From: Idiomarina sp.
Lineage (GTDB): Bacteria; Pseudomonadota; Gammaproteobacteria; Enterobacterales; Alteromonadaceae
Assembly: GCA_022565355.1 (NCBI GenBank)
Contig: JAIUMU010000003.1
Coordinates: 119,989 to 183,988 of the forward strand
Length of the DNA stretch: 64,000 nucleotides
Direction of reading: 5' to 3'
Below the pieces are notes generated by a model. It had not been told where the DNA came from. It saw nothing but the letters and a program-made list of their open reading frames with translations, and searched no databases. Both the position numbers and the translations under genes were made by a program. This document shows, piece by piece, positions 9,586 to 19,768 of this stretch (its first letter is position 1; the number at the start of each line of letters is the position of its first letter).

Positions 9586-11748
9586 ATGCAACCAAATCGG
9601 GAAGAAAGAGTAACAACACAAACGATTTTTGAATTAATCGGCCAACATGCGAGCCGAGATAAACTGCTGCAGGCGATGGTAGCCTGGGTAGAGAACATTA
9701 TTCCCGAGGCGATCGTATCCATTATGGAATATGACAAGGCAACCAACACGCTTAGTTTAGCCAGTGGCGTACACTTCTCAGCAGAATTTCAAAAAGAGTT
9801 ACAACAAATTGAAGTTAGCCCTAACGGGGGAACCTGCTGTGTAGCTGCGCATTCTCGCGAGGTTGTGATAACAGATAACTTTCTTACCGACACCACTTGG
9901 CCGGGGTTCAAGCATGTAGCCACTACAGAACACCTAAAAGCATGTTGGGCTGCACCGGTAATAGGCGCCAACAGTGATCTTAAGGGCACTTTTTCAGCTT
10001 ATTTCCGTGAGCCTCGCAAGCCTACTGAACGGGAAATAAAACTTATTAAACGTGCGGCCAGCATGATCGCTCTTGCTTTTGATCACCAGCGCGAACGCAG
10101 TTTGCGGAACGAATTGAACGAACGCTACGCCTCCTTGTTCCGCAACCATCCTGATGCTGTTTTTGAACTCGATATGAATGGGAATTTTATTGCCGCTAAC
10201 GCCGCAACAGAAAAGCTTTCTGGATTCCCTGAACGGCAAATGCTCGGTACGCATTACAGTTCATTTATCATTGAAGAGTACCAGGCGCTGGCCAATGAAG
10301 CGTTTGAGAAAGCAAAAGCTAGTGAACCGCAAAGCTTTGAAATTGCTGCGGTACACGCTAACAATGGGCAGTTTTGGCTCGCTATGACGATCTTGCCGAT
10401 TATCATCAACGATGTTGTGGTCGGGGTATTTGGTATTGGTCGCGATATTACAGAACAAATTGAACAGAAAGAGTATTTAGAAAATCAACGCACGCACGAT
10501 ACCTTAACCGGCTTACCTAATCGCGCTTATTTTGAGCGCAATTTGAATCACGAACTGAAGCGCAATAACACGGAAAATCGTGGGTTTGCGGTACTCTATA
10601 TTGATTTAGACGATTTCCGTTCGATCAATGAAAGCTTAGGCCATGAAGTTGGTGATGAGTTACTTGCCGCAGTAGCGAAACGCATTCTTGCCTGCACATG
10701 CAAACAAGATACGGTTTCGCGGCTAGCGGCTGATGAGTTTGTGGTTCTATTACCCAATCTACACAATCAGCAATTTGCAATTAAAGTAGCGGAAGAGATT
10801 CTTCAGGCGCTAACACAACCATTCCAAATTGGCCGGCATCAACTTGCACTAAGCGCTAGCATCGGCATCAGCAGCGTTAACCAGCAAACACGCAACGCTG
10901 CGGAAATTATTAAGCAAGCCGACATGGCCATGAGTGAAGCAAAGCGCCAAGGGTGCAACACGTGGCATTGGTATGAAGGCGAAACTGCACTGGTTCATAC
11001 TGAGTACACAGCAATGCGCTTGGATATCGCCGAGGCCATTGAACAGGAGCAGTTCATTATCCATTATCAACCGATAGTTGATAGTGAAACAGGGATTACC
11101 AAAGGCTTTGAAGCACTCATCCGCTGGCACCATCCTACCCGAGGAATGATTGCACCCTGTTCTTTTATCCCTCTCGCTGAGCGTACCGGGCAAATTATTG
11201 CGATCGGTCAGCAAGTACTGCATCAAGCTTGTAAAGAAATTGCGGCATGGAATCAAGAGCACAAGCAGGCCATGACCCTAGCAGTCAATATTTCCCCCTT
11301 GCAGTTTCGCCGCGCGAGTTTCCTAGATGAAGTAATCAGTGCACTGCAGAAAAGTGGTTTGCCAGCAGAAATGCTTGAGCTTGAAGTTACCGAGAGTGTG
11401 CTGGTATTGGGCGCCGAGCGTACCATCGATATTCTAGAAAAAATTCGCGGGTTGGGCGTTCGCGTAGCCATTGATGATTTTGGTACGGGTTACTCTAGCT
11501 TAAGTTATCTGCGCCACCTGCCGATTGATAAAATCAAGATTGATCGCAGTTTTGTGCAGCATTTACCTGACAATCGTGAAGATTGTGCGATTGTACAAGG
11601 CCTAATTACCATGGCCCACCATTTAGGCCTTACAGTTGTTGCTGAAGGCGTTGAAACCAAAGAACAGAGTGAATTTTTAAAGAGTATAGAATGCGATTTA
11701 CTACAAGGGTTTTACTTCGCTCGGCCCGCGCTGTTAGAGCTTTCCTGA
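9586..11748 (+). CDS. GAF-PAS-GGDEF(degenerate)-EAL cyclic-di-GMP signalling protein
   Basis: GAF-like N-terminus, then a PAS-like segment (HPDAVFELDMNGNFIAAN). GGDEF domain has AADEF in place of GGDEF. EAL domain carries the EALIRW motif. ATG at 9586 sits one codon after the TTG at 9583. Confidence 0.85.
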   Translation: MQPNREERVTTQTIFELIGQHASRDKLLQAMVAWVENIIPEAIVSIMEYDKATNTLSLASGVHFSAEFQKELQQIEVSPNGGTCCVAAHSREVVITDNFLTDTTWPGFKHVATTEHLKACWAAPVIGANSDLKGTFSAYFREPRKPTEREIKLIKRAASMIALAFDHQRERSLRNELNERYASLFRNHPDAVFELDMNGNFIAANAATEKLSGFPERQMLGTHYSSFIIEEYQALANEAFEKAKASEPQSFEIAAVHANNGQFWLAMTILPIIINDVVVGVFGIGRDITEQIEQKEYLENQRTHDTLTGLPNRAYFERNLNHELKRNNTENRGFAVLYIDLDDFRSINESLGHEVGDELLAAVAKRILACTCKQDTVSRLAADEFVVLLPNLHNQQFAIKVAEEILQALTQPFQIGRHQLALSASIGISSVNQQTRNAAEIIKQADMAMSEAKRQGCNTWHWYEGETALVHTEYTAMRLDIAEAIEQEQFIIHYQPIVDSETGITKGFEALIRWHHPTRGMIAPCSFIPLAERTGQIIAIGQQVLHQACKEIAAWNQEHKQAMTLAVNISPLQFRRASFLDEVISALQKSGLPAEMLELEVTESVLVLGAERTIDILEKIRGLGVRVAIDDFGTGYSSLSYLRHLPIDKIKIDRSFVQHLPDNREDCAIVQGLITMAHHLGLTVVAEGVETKEQSEFLKSIECDLLQGFYFARPALLELS

Positions 11749-14490
11749 ACGCACCGGTGGGCTAAAGTAATACCCTTGAAAAATATCACACCCCTGCTCT
11801 AACAAGATATTGAACTGCTCCTCCGTTTCTACCCCTTCTGCTACCACAATCAAATCCAATGTATGGCCGAGAGAGATAATACTTTTTGTGAGCTTGCGGT
11901 GAGTGCGCACTTCTTCTGCAGTGGCAGTAGGAGAAGACACGAACGAACGATCTATCTTTAATTGATCAAGTGGTAAGCGCTGCAAGTACCCTAAGTTTGA
12001 GTAACCCGTACCAAAATCATCCAATGAGAACCGAACACCGCGTTCCCGCAGCGCAAGCATTTTCCGAATTGCATGCTCCGTATCGCCAATAAGCATAGAT
12101 TCCGTTATTTCCAGAATAAGTTTTTCCGAGCGAGCGCCTGTTTCTTCAACAATACTAAGTACTTGCTCTACAAAATTATCGGCCCGTAATTGTTTCACGC
12201 TTACATTCACCGACATGGTCCAATCGTGACGAACTTCATGATCAGCCCATTCAACGAGCTTATGGCAGGCCTTTCGTAACACCCAACTACCCAGTAAAAT
12301 TATATCCGCTGATTGTTCAGCTACGGTTATAAAATCACCAGGAGCGATCATGCCACGAATAGGGTGCCGCCATCGAACAAGCGCCTCTACGCCCACCGTT
12401 TCGCTGTAACGATTTACCTTCGGTTGGTAATGCAGCTCTAGCTCATCATTCAAAATACCACGATGTAAATCACGTTGTAATTCAAGGCGGGCATTCATAC
12501 GTGCTTCGATATCTGCATCAAAAACAACACAGGTATTGCGCCCCGCGTCTTTTGCCTCAAACATTGCTTGGTCTGCCTGCTGTAGCAAACGCTCAACACT
12601 TTCGGCTGTAGGCGTGATCAGAGTAACGCCAATACTTACGGTTAATATGTAGGAATCCTTGGCAAGTACGAATGGCTGTAACATTGCGTTATTAAGTGCA
12701 TCAGTGAGCTCCAAAACATGCTTCAGCGCTGCTTGCTCGCTATCACCAGTGTTTGCTAACAGGATCACAAACTCATCAGCAGTAACACGAGAAACCGTAT
12801 CCTCACTCGACACAAGATCTAAAAGCCGTTCACCCACCGCGCTTAAAACCCGATCGCCCTCTTCTTGACCAAGGCTATCGTTAAGCATCTTGAAATTATC
12901 GAGATCGATCGATAGAAGCGCCCCATAGCGTTGTTTTTTCTTCGCGTTCACGAGGGCCGTGCCAATACGTTCATGTAAAAGTGCACGGTTAGGCAGGTGA
13001 GTAAGCGCATCGTAATACGATAGCTCTTCAATTTGTTGCTGGGATCGCCGCTGCTCAGTAATATCTAACATCACGCCGTGCCATAAATTACCAGAGGCAT
13101 CGCTTTCACCTGGGCGAGAGTGAATATTCACCCACAGCAAATCGTTGTTCACATTCAAACGGCCTTGCCATGTAAAGGGTACACCTCTTTGAATCGCCGA
13201 TTCCTCGGTTTCAACAAAGCTTTCAATATCATCTTGATGAATAAGGTCTACCGCATAATCAAGTGTTTCGCTCAACGGCATTGCCGCGGGGATACCAAGC
13301 ATCGCTCGAGCACGCGGGCTCAAATAATAAAATTCTCGCGTGCCATCATTTCGTAATCGCAATTGATAAACACCAGCTGGGATTAGCGCTGTAAGCTTGC
13401 CATAACGCTCCAAAGATTGAACTAAAGCACTTTGCCGAACATTAATCTCATGTTCAGCAGTGCGCAGATAGCCTTGAGCTCTGCGAGCCGCAAACCATAG
13501 TGCCAGATATGCCGACAACAACACGGCAAATGGGATTAATAAACTATACAGCCACTCATGTATCACTTTCGTGCGGCTGCGCATCGCTACCGCCGTTATG
13601 TTGTATTCGGGCAACGGATTGATGTAAGCATATGCTTGCTCTTTGCTTCCATCCCGATCAATTTTTCGTTGGTACTGATAAACGCCCTCAGACTCATGCA
13701 TTATTTGCCGCAATTCTGGAGATATTTGCGCTTGATAAAGCTCAGCAAGTGTTTCTTCCGTGTGCTCACGAACAAGCGGATATACATAAGATAAATAGTG
13801 ATCAGGGCGCACCAGCGAAACTTGAATACCTTCCGGAACCACCATGTTAATGGATAACCGCAGCCCTCGTTCGAGCTCAAATACCAAGCTCATAAAGCCA
13901 AGCAGCTCACCATTATCAGCAAAAATCGGCGTGCGCATAGGCACTACCCAGCGGTTAATTGGTTCGAAGAAGTAAGGACGCGCAATATGAAACCCAGGAT
14001 TGGCCAGTGCGCTCTCGAATTCGGCAGCCGCCAAGCTAACACCATGAAGAGAAGGCGCTGGTTCGTTAACATCAGTAAAGCTAGTAACCCAAACATCGCC
14101 CACTGCCGTAACAAACGCCAAACCAATCACGCCCTTCTGTGGTAATTCAATGCGTTGTAAATATTTTTGTGCGGCTTCACGATTGGCAAATACATCGTTA
14201 TAAACTAAATCGTTACCAACCGTTCTTAAGAATAAATCCGTATTCGAGAAATGTGATCGCACACCTTGCTCAAGCATTTCAGCAACGTGTTTTAATTCAT
14301 GGTCACTACTGGTAACGCTGCGGCTCCAAAGGCTGGCACAAATCACTAAAAAGATAGCAAACAAAGCCCACGCAGCAACACTTACAACCACGCGTAACGA
14401 GCCAACATATGTATTTGCAGCAGAGGTTCTGGTAACACCCATCTGGGTTAATTCATTCCCTTGCTTAGTAGCGCCTTCTTCCAAGCTCAA
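11734..14490 (-). CDS. membrane sensor PAS-GGDEF(degenerate)-EAL cyclic-di-GMP protein
   Basis: 918 aa with two TM segments flanking a periplasmic sensor region and a PAS-like segment. GGDEF domain has TADEF and the EAL motif is EALVRW. The TTG start at 14490 is uncertain; an alternative ATG is at 14442. Confidence 0.85.
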   Translation of the reverse strand: MSLEEGATKQGNELTQMGVTRTSAANTYVGSLRVVVSVAAWALFAIFLVICASLWSRSVTSSDHELKHVAEMLEQGVRSHFSNTDLFLRTVGNDLVYNDVFANREAAQKYLQRIELPQKGVIGLAFVTAVGDVWVTSFTDVNEPAPSLHGVSLAAAEFESALANPGFHIARPYFFEPINRWVVPMRTPIFADNGELLGFMSLVFELERGLRLSINMVVPEGIQVSLVRPDHYLSYVYPLVREHTEETLAELYQAQISPELRQIMHESEGVYQYQRKIDRDGSKEQAYAYINPLPEYNITAVAMRSRTKVIHEWLYSLLIPFAVLLSAYLALWFAARRAQGYLRTAEHEINVRQSALVQSLERYGKLTALIPAGVYQLRLRNDGTREFYYLSPRARAMLGIPAAMPLSETLDYAVDLIHQDDIESFVETEESAIQRGVPFTWQGRLNVNNDLLWVNIHSRPGESDASGNLWHGVMLDITEQRRSQQQIEELSYYDALTHLPNRALLHERIGTALVNAKKKQRYGALLSIDLDNFKMLNDSLGQEEGDRVLSAVGERLLDLVSSEDTVSRVTADEFVILLANTGDSEQAALKHVLELTDALNNAMLQPFVLAKDSYILTVSIGVTLITPTAESVERLLQQADQAMFEAKDAGRNTCVVFDADIEARMNARLELQRDLHRGILNDELELHYQPKVNRYSETVGVEALVRWRHPIRGMIAPGDFITVAEQSADIILLGSWVLRKACHKLVEWADHEVRHDWTMSVNVSVKQLRADNFVEQVLSIVEETGARSEKLILEITESMLIGDTEHAIRKMLALRERGVRFSLDDFGTGYSNLGYLQRLPLDQLKIDRSFVSSPTATAEEVRTHRKLTKSIISLGHTLDLIVVAEGVETEEQFNILLEQGCDIFQGYYFSPPVRSGKL

Positions 14491-14654
14491 TGTGCTTCTC
14501 GAATTAAATATGAGGAAGCATTAATTTAGCTACTTCCGCGCATTTACGCAATGGAACTTCACACCCTGTTACAAAATAGATTTATTCGGCGCAACACTGG
14601 ACATACACAGGGAAATTCCCTAAAATCCACGCCTGCTAACAAAGCACCTAATAT

Positions 14655-14696
14655 GCACCCGTAGCTCAGCTGGATAGAGCGCCGCCCTCCGGAGGC
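14655..14696 (+). pseudogene. truncated 5' half of tRNA-Arg(CCG)
   Basis: 42 nt identical to positions 1-42 of the intact tRNA at 14749 (acceptor 5' strand, D arm, anticodon stem-loop). It then diverges (aacggtcaattg). Confidence 0.85.
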
Positions 14697-14748
14697 AACG
14701 GTCAATTGCAAAATGAGTGTTTGAGGCAAAAGTCAGATTTCAAGATAT

Positions 14749-14825
14749 GCACCCGTAGCTCAGCTGGATAGAGCGCCGCCCTCCGGAGGCGGAGGCCAGA
14801 GGTTCGAATCCTCTCGGGTGCGCCA
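14749..14825 (+). tRNA. tRNA-Arg (anticodon CCG), CCA encoded
   Basis: Cloverleaf readable by eye: acceptor GCACCCG/CGGGTGC, anticodon stem CCGCC/GGCGG with loop CT-CCG-GA, T arm AGAGG-TTCGAAT-CCTCT. Close to E. coli argX. Confidence 0.95.
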
Positions 14826-15092
14826 TCAAAGGCTTACAGCGTTATTCCCCCTCAAATTCCGCTACTTATCTTTTTATGAAATGAAGTCATATTGGAATCA
14901 CTGATGACCTTTGCCCGAAATCGCTTAGATCTCTCAAAAACAGGCCTGTGACATATATGTGGCAAATCTGTGACAAAATTTTCAGATCGGGTTTTTGAGG
15001 TTTGATTTTTTGACCTTTACCCACCCTTTCTTGATGCGAACGCCACAATTGTATTTGAATTTCGTTATACCAAGTTTCCGAAAATTTACTGA

Positions 15093-15273
15093 AAAGCGGC
15101 GTATCTAGCTGACGTGGCTCGGGAAACCGGAATTAAGCGCAGCACGTTAACTCGCCTTTACCATGAAACATGAAACCACCTCGCGTATTGACTTCAAAAC
15201 TTTCGAAATGCTGTGCAGGTTTCTTGATTGTGAGGTTGGGGAGTTATTGGAAATTGTTGACGAGGATCAGTAG
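15093..15273 (+). pseudogene. frameshifted remnant of a small Cro/CI-type HTH regulator, paralog of 27873..28076
   Basis: Reads ...VARETGIKRSTLTRLYHET then, after a shift, ETTSRIDFKTFEMLCRFLDCEVGELLEIVDEDQ*. The frameshift is a 7-bp tandem duplication, catgaaa/catgaaa at 15162-15175. The N-terminus is also truncated. Confidence 0.75.
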
Positions 15274-15472
15274 CGCCTCTAATCGTTTCCACACACTTGC
15301 AAAGACCGCCACTACAGCCATTCCACAAACCCTCCCCCTCGGTCAGATAGTTAACTTACCAAACCACAGAAATCGTAAACGAAAAATAATTTTAACTTTT
15401 ACTTGATCAAATTAGATTTCATGTTTATAGTTATCGTAAATCAATAATGATTTGTAACGTGGAGGAAAACAA

Positions 15473-16072
15473 ATGAGCGAGGTAACTATCAATTTAGTAT
15501 GTGAAACTATTTTTACTGGTATTCCGAGCAACCTAATTCAAAAGGCAGAGCCAGCAGATGCTACACATCATATGATCACGGGTTCATCTCTGAATCATGC
15601 CGGTGAGTTAGTTGAGGAAGCTCTTCAACCTGTCCAACTTAAAGACGAAAAATCGGCAACAAAGTTTCTCCTGAAGGAAGGTGATGTCGTGGTATTAACC
15701 CGCGGCAATTCATTTCGGGCTGCAATCGTCGACTCGAAAATCGTAAAGCTTAAACTGATACCTTCGGCTAATTTGGTGATTTTACGCCCTAACGCTTCGA
15801 AGGCAAAGCCAGCGGTGCTGGTCACTCACTTGAACTCTGCACTTGGTCAATCCCAAATGGAGCAGCTTGCTACAGGCACCACCATCAAGAATATACCCGC
15901 GAGCAAGCTAAAGGAACTGCGGTTTAAATTACCGAGCTTAGGAACACAGGGTCAAATTGACAGCTTGTTTTTTGCAAGTAACCAAGCCTATACCGCTGGC
16001 ATTGCAATGGTTGAGCAAGAGCGTAAAGTAGCGATGGCGAAGGTGAACGAGTTAATGCAAGGAGGCGCATAA
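15473..16072 (+). CDS. half-size HsdS-like specificity protein (single target-recognition domain)
   Basis: 199 aa with GGAGG RBS. One TRD-like region, then a conserved S-subunit helical motif (KLPSLGTQGQIDSLF...). Directly precedes an M-like gene with a 1-nt gap. Confidence 0.6.
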   Translation: MSEVTINLVCETIFTGIPSNLIQKAEPADATHHMITGSSLNHAGELVEEALQPVQLKDEKSATKFLLKEGDVVVLTRGNSFRAAIVDSKIVKLKLIPSANLVILRPNASKAKPAVLVTHLNSALGQSQMEQLATGTTIKNIPASKLKELRFKLPSLGTQGQIDSLFFASNQAYTAGIAMVEQERKVAMAKVNELMQGGA

Positions 16073-16073
16073 C

Positions 16074-17336
16074 ATGGCTATCAATTTCAACCAACAATTA
16101 GGGAAGTTAATAGATCAAGCGCGAGGTGAGTTTAAAGAAGAGCAAGCCTTATCACTGATTACGATTTTACTTTACATCAAGTCAAAAGATGCGAATGCCA
16201 TTGACGTGCTTCAGCGTATGGGGCTCGCGAATCAAAGAGCGGCGCTGAGAGATTTGCTTGCCACTTACTCAGAAGCAAGCAGCCACTCAGCTACACGAGC
16301 CATTGATTACGCAAATAACGAAGCGATTGCAGCCTTAATTTCGTTCGTTGCAAACATAGAAAATATAGGCCTTGCGAGCCAGGCTATGCGCGCCGCATTC
16401 CCAAACTCTCGGTCAATAACCGAGCACGTTTCTAACGCAAATGAAGTTAACCTGATACGTAGCCTGGTAAAGCCGAAGAAAACCGATAAAGTATTAGACC
16501 CAGCGGGGGGCATAGGCAATCTTTTATTATCATTGCCGAAAGCCAACATTGAGTTGCAAGAGCTTAACGCTGACACAGCAAGCATTTGCCAGATGCTTGC
16601 AAGTATTGAGAGCAAAGACATCCGCATTCACACAGGTAATAGCCTTGTTCAGCCGGCTTTTAAAGAAGCTAGTGCGGATTATGTGGTTATGACCCCGCCA
16701 CTTGGACTTCGGTTTGGCCGCGAACAAATCGACAAAATAAAGTCAGCTCCCTATTTACTGCCGCAAGAATCACAAACGTCCATTCCCATGACCGCTGGCG
16801 ATAGCCTGTGGCTTCAGTTAGCTTTATGGGCTTTAAACGACACCGGCAAAGGTTATGTATTTTTACCTAAAGGTTGGCTGTTCAGAGGCGGTTACGATGC
16901 CCAGGTGCGCGAGTACTTTGTCGAGAATGAGCTGATTGAAGCCGTTGTCCAAATGCCGAACAAGTTCTTCAGCCACACAGCTATTGCGCCCGTGTTACTT
17001 ATCCTCAATAAAGCAAAGGAAAAAGGCACCTCCGTTCGCTTTATCGACGCTGAAGCGACACAAAGTGACGCGGGCCTCGATTACCATTTAAGCTCGGACT
17101 ATATTGCCGAAATTGTGGGACTCATTACCGCCACCGAAATAGATGACCCAAGAGTCATCGAAAAATACGCACCAGACATACGCGAGCAAGACATGATTCT
17201 CGCCGTAAACCGGTACATTACGCCGCCAACGCATATTGAAGACATCAATTTCGAAGCAGAGTCTGCGAAATTAAAACAACTAGAAAGCACCTATGCAGAA
17301 GCCAAGCGCCAACTTAGCGCCCTGCTCGACAACTAA
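16074..17336 (+). CDS. N6-adenine DNA methyltransferase-like protein with non-canonical catalytic motif
   Basis: AdoMet motif I is VLDPAGGIGNLL. Motif IV reads VVMTPPLG (TPPL at 16692-16703) rather than (D/N/S)PP(Y/F/W). At 420 aa it is shorter than the canonical HsdM next door. Confidence 0.65.
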   Translation: MAINFNQQLGKLIDQARGEFKEEQALSLITILLYIKSKDANAIDVLQRMGLANQRAALRDLLATYSEASSHSATRAIDYANNEAIAALISFVANIENIGLASQAMRAAFPNSRSITEHVSNANEVNLIRSLVKPKKTDKVLDPAGGIGNLLLSLPKANIELQELNADTASICQMLASIESKDIRIHTGNSLVQPAFKEASADYVVMTPPLGLRFGREQIDKIKSAPYLLPQESQTSIPMTAGDSLWLQLALWALNDTGKGYVFLPKGWLFRGGYDAQVREYFVENELIEAVVQMPNKFFSHTAIAPVLLILNKAKEKGTSVRFIDAEATQSDAGLDYHLSSDYIAEIVGLITATEIDDPRVIEKYAPDIREQDMILAVNRYITPPTHIEDINFEAESAKLKQLESTYAEAKRQLSALLDN

Positions 17337-17347
17337 TTTAGGAGGAA

Positions 17348-19768
17348 ATGAACATGGATTACAGTGTACACAACAAACTTATTTCATTTATTTGGGGTAT
17401 CGCCGACGACTGCTTGCGAGACGTGTATGTTCGCGGAAAATACCGCGATGTTATTCTACCCATGGTAGTACTGCGCCGTTTAGATACATTGCTCGAGCCA
17501 AACAAAGATGCTGTATTAGAAGAAGTTAGATTCCAAAAAGAAGAAATGGGCGCAACGGAGCTGGATGATGCACCATTAATAGAAGCCAGTGGCTACGTGT
17601 TTTACAATACGTCTAAATGGACGCTTAAATCGCTGTTGAATACCGCCACGAACAACCAACAAATCCTACTTGCTAACTTCGAAGAGTATTTACTTGGTTT
17701 CAGTGACAATGTTAAAGAAATCATCGAGTGCTTTAACCTGCAGTCGCAAACTCGCCATATGGCGGCAAAGCAAGTCTTACTCGATGTAGTTGAGAAGTTT
17801 GTTTCGCCTTACATCAACTTAACGCCGGAAGCCGCTGAAGATCCTGACGGTAACAAAATGCCAGCCCTCACTAACCTCGGCATGGGCTATGTGTTTGAAG
17901 AGTTGATTCGGAAGTTCAACGAAGAAAACAATGAAGAGGCTGGGGAGCACTTTACTCCACGCGAAGTAATCGAGCTGATGACGCACATGGTCTTTGATCC
18001 GGTTAAAGACCAACTTCCACTTACCATGACTGTGTACGACCCCGCGTGTGGAAGTGGGGGCATGCTCACTGAGTCGCAAAACTTTATTGAAGAAAAATAC
18101 CCGAACGAAAGTCGTGATATTTACCTCTATGGTAAAGAAATCAACGATGAAACCTATGCGATTTGTAAATCGGACATGATGATTAAAGGCAACAACCCCG
18201 AGAACATTCGAGTGGGTTCAACTTTATCTACCGACGAGTTCGCGTCTTCACGATTTGATTTCATGCTCTCTAACCCTCCGTATGGCAAAAGCTGGGCGTC
18301 TGAACAAAAGCATATTAAAGACGGGGGCGATGTTATCGACCCACGGTTTAAAGTAACCCTCACCGATTACTGGGGTAACCGAGAGGAAGTAGACGCAACC
18401 CCGCGCTCTAGTGACGGCCAATTGCTGTTTCTGATGGAAATGGTCAGCAAAATGAAAAACCCATCGGAAAGTCCATTGGGTAGCCGCATTGCATCCGTTC
18501 ACAACGGTTCTTCATTGTTTACTGGCGATGCCGGCGGTGGTGAGAGTAATATACGCCGCTTCATTATTGAGAACGATATGCTGGAAGCAATTGTTCAGTT
18601 GCCGAATAACCTGTTCTACAACACCGGTATTACCACCTATATTTGGGTGCTGAACAATCACAAACCAGAAAACCGAAAAGGTAAAGTGCAGTTGATTGAT
18701 GCCAGCTTGCTCTATCGTAAGCTGCGCAAGAACCTTGGTAATAAAAATTGCGAATTCGCACCAGAGCACATCACTGAAATTACAGACACCTATCTGGCCT
18801 GCAGCGCTATCGAGCGGAAGCTAGACGAGAACAACGATCCAATCGGCATTGCAAGCCAAGTATTCAGCAACCAAGACTTTGGTTATTACAAAGTAACCAT
18901 TGAACGGCCAGATCGTCGCAAAGCCAGGTTTACTTCTGACGCTATTGCACCGCTCCGCTTTGACAAGCAACTAAGTAAAGTAATGACGCACCTGTATTCC
19001 GAGTATGGTGAGAGCGTTTATGAAACATCAGGATATGGTCCTTGCGGTAACAAGAGCTTTTTGCAGTCTATCGATAAAGAAATTTTGAGCTGGTGTGAAG
19101 ACAACGACATTAGCTTAAACGCAAAAGCTAAAACGAAACTTCTCGATGTAAAATACTGGTTAAAGCTCCAATCCTTACTAGAGGCTGCTGAGCAGCTGAT
19201 GGCGAATATCGGTCAAGAAGAGTTCGATGACTTTAACCATTTCAAAGTACTTTTCGATAAGGCATTAAAAGCATTGGGGATAAAGCTTTCTTCGCCGGAA
19301 AAGAACGCTATTCTAAATGCCGTCAGTTGGTATGACGAAAGCGCTCAGAAAGTCATAAAGAAATTACAGAAACTCAGCGGCGATAAACTCGATGCGTTGA
19401 TCACGCGTTATGACTGCCAAGTTGAAGATTTATCGCAGTACGGCTATTTTCCGACAGGTAAGCAAAACGAGTTTATCACCTATGAAACCAATGGTGATTT
19501 GCGCGATACCGAATCTGTAACGCTGGGGCAAAGCATCTACCAATACTTCCTTGATGAAGTGAAACCTCACGTGGATGAAGCCTGGATTAATCTCGATAGC
19601 GTAAAAATTGGTTACGAAATTAGTTTCAATAAATATTTCTACCGTCACAAACCGCTGCGTAGTTTAGAAGAGGTCGCAACTGACATCATCAACCTAGAAC
19701 AAAAAGCCGAAGGACTCATTGCACAGATACTGGGCGTGAAAGTGGCTGAAGTTCAGGGAGAATCGTAA
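17348..19768 (+). CDS. hsdM: type I restriction-modification methyltransferase subunit M
   Basis: HsdM N-terminal helix (FIWGIADDCLRD...), motif I YDPACGSGGML, motif IV LSNPPYG. The start may be the second ATG at 17354, which has better spacing to TAGGAGG. Confidence 0.9.
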   Translation: MNMDYSVHNKLISFIWGIADDCLRDVYVRGKYRDVILPMVVLRRLDTLLEPNKDAVLEEVRFQKEEMGATELDDAPLIEASGYVFYNTSKWTLKSLLNTATNNQQILLANFEEYLLGFSDNVKEIIECFNLQSQTRHMAAKQVLLDVVEKFVSPYINLTPEAAEDPDGNKMPALTNLGMGYVFEELIRKFNEENNEEAGEHFTPREVIELMTHMVFDPVKDQLPLTMTVYDPACGSGGMLTESQNFIEEKYPNESRDIYLYGKEINDETYAICKSDMMIKGNNPENIRVGSTLSTDEFASSRFDFMLSNPPYGKSWASEQKHIKDGGDVIDPRFKVTLTDYWGNREEVDATPRSSDGQLLFLMEMVSKMKNPSESPLGSRIASVHNGSSLFTGDAGGGESNIRRFIIENDMLEAIVQLPNNLFYNTGITTYIWVLNNHKPENRKGKVQLIDASLLYRKLRKNLGNKNCEFAPEHITEITDTYLACSAIERKLDENNDPIGIASQVFSNQDFGYYKVTIERPDRRKARFTSDAIAPLRFDKQLSKVMTHLYSEYGESVYETSGYGPCGNKSFLQSIDKEILSWCEDNDISLNAKAKTKLLDVKYWLKLQSLLEAAEQLMANIGQEEFDDFNHFKVLFDKALKALGIKLSSPEKNAILNAVSWYDESAQKVIKKLQKLSGDKLDALITRYDCQVEDLSQYGYFPTGKQNEFITYETNGDLRDTESVTLGQSIYQYFLDEVKPHVDEAWINLDSVKIGYEISFNKYFYRHKPLRSLEEVATDIINLEQKAEGLIAQILGVKVAEVQGES

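Noticed and set aside
15170-15406. 78-aa plus-strand ORF
   Set aside because: It begins inside the frameshifted HTH pseudogene, in the wrong frame. It is an artefact of the 7-bp duplication.
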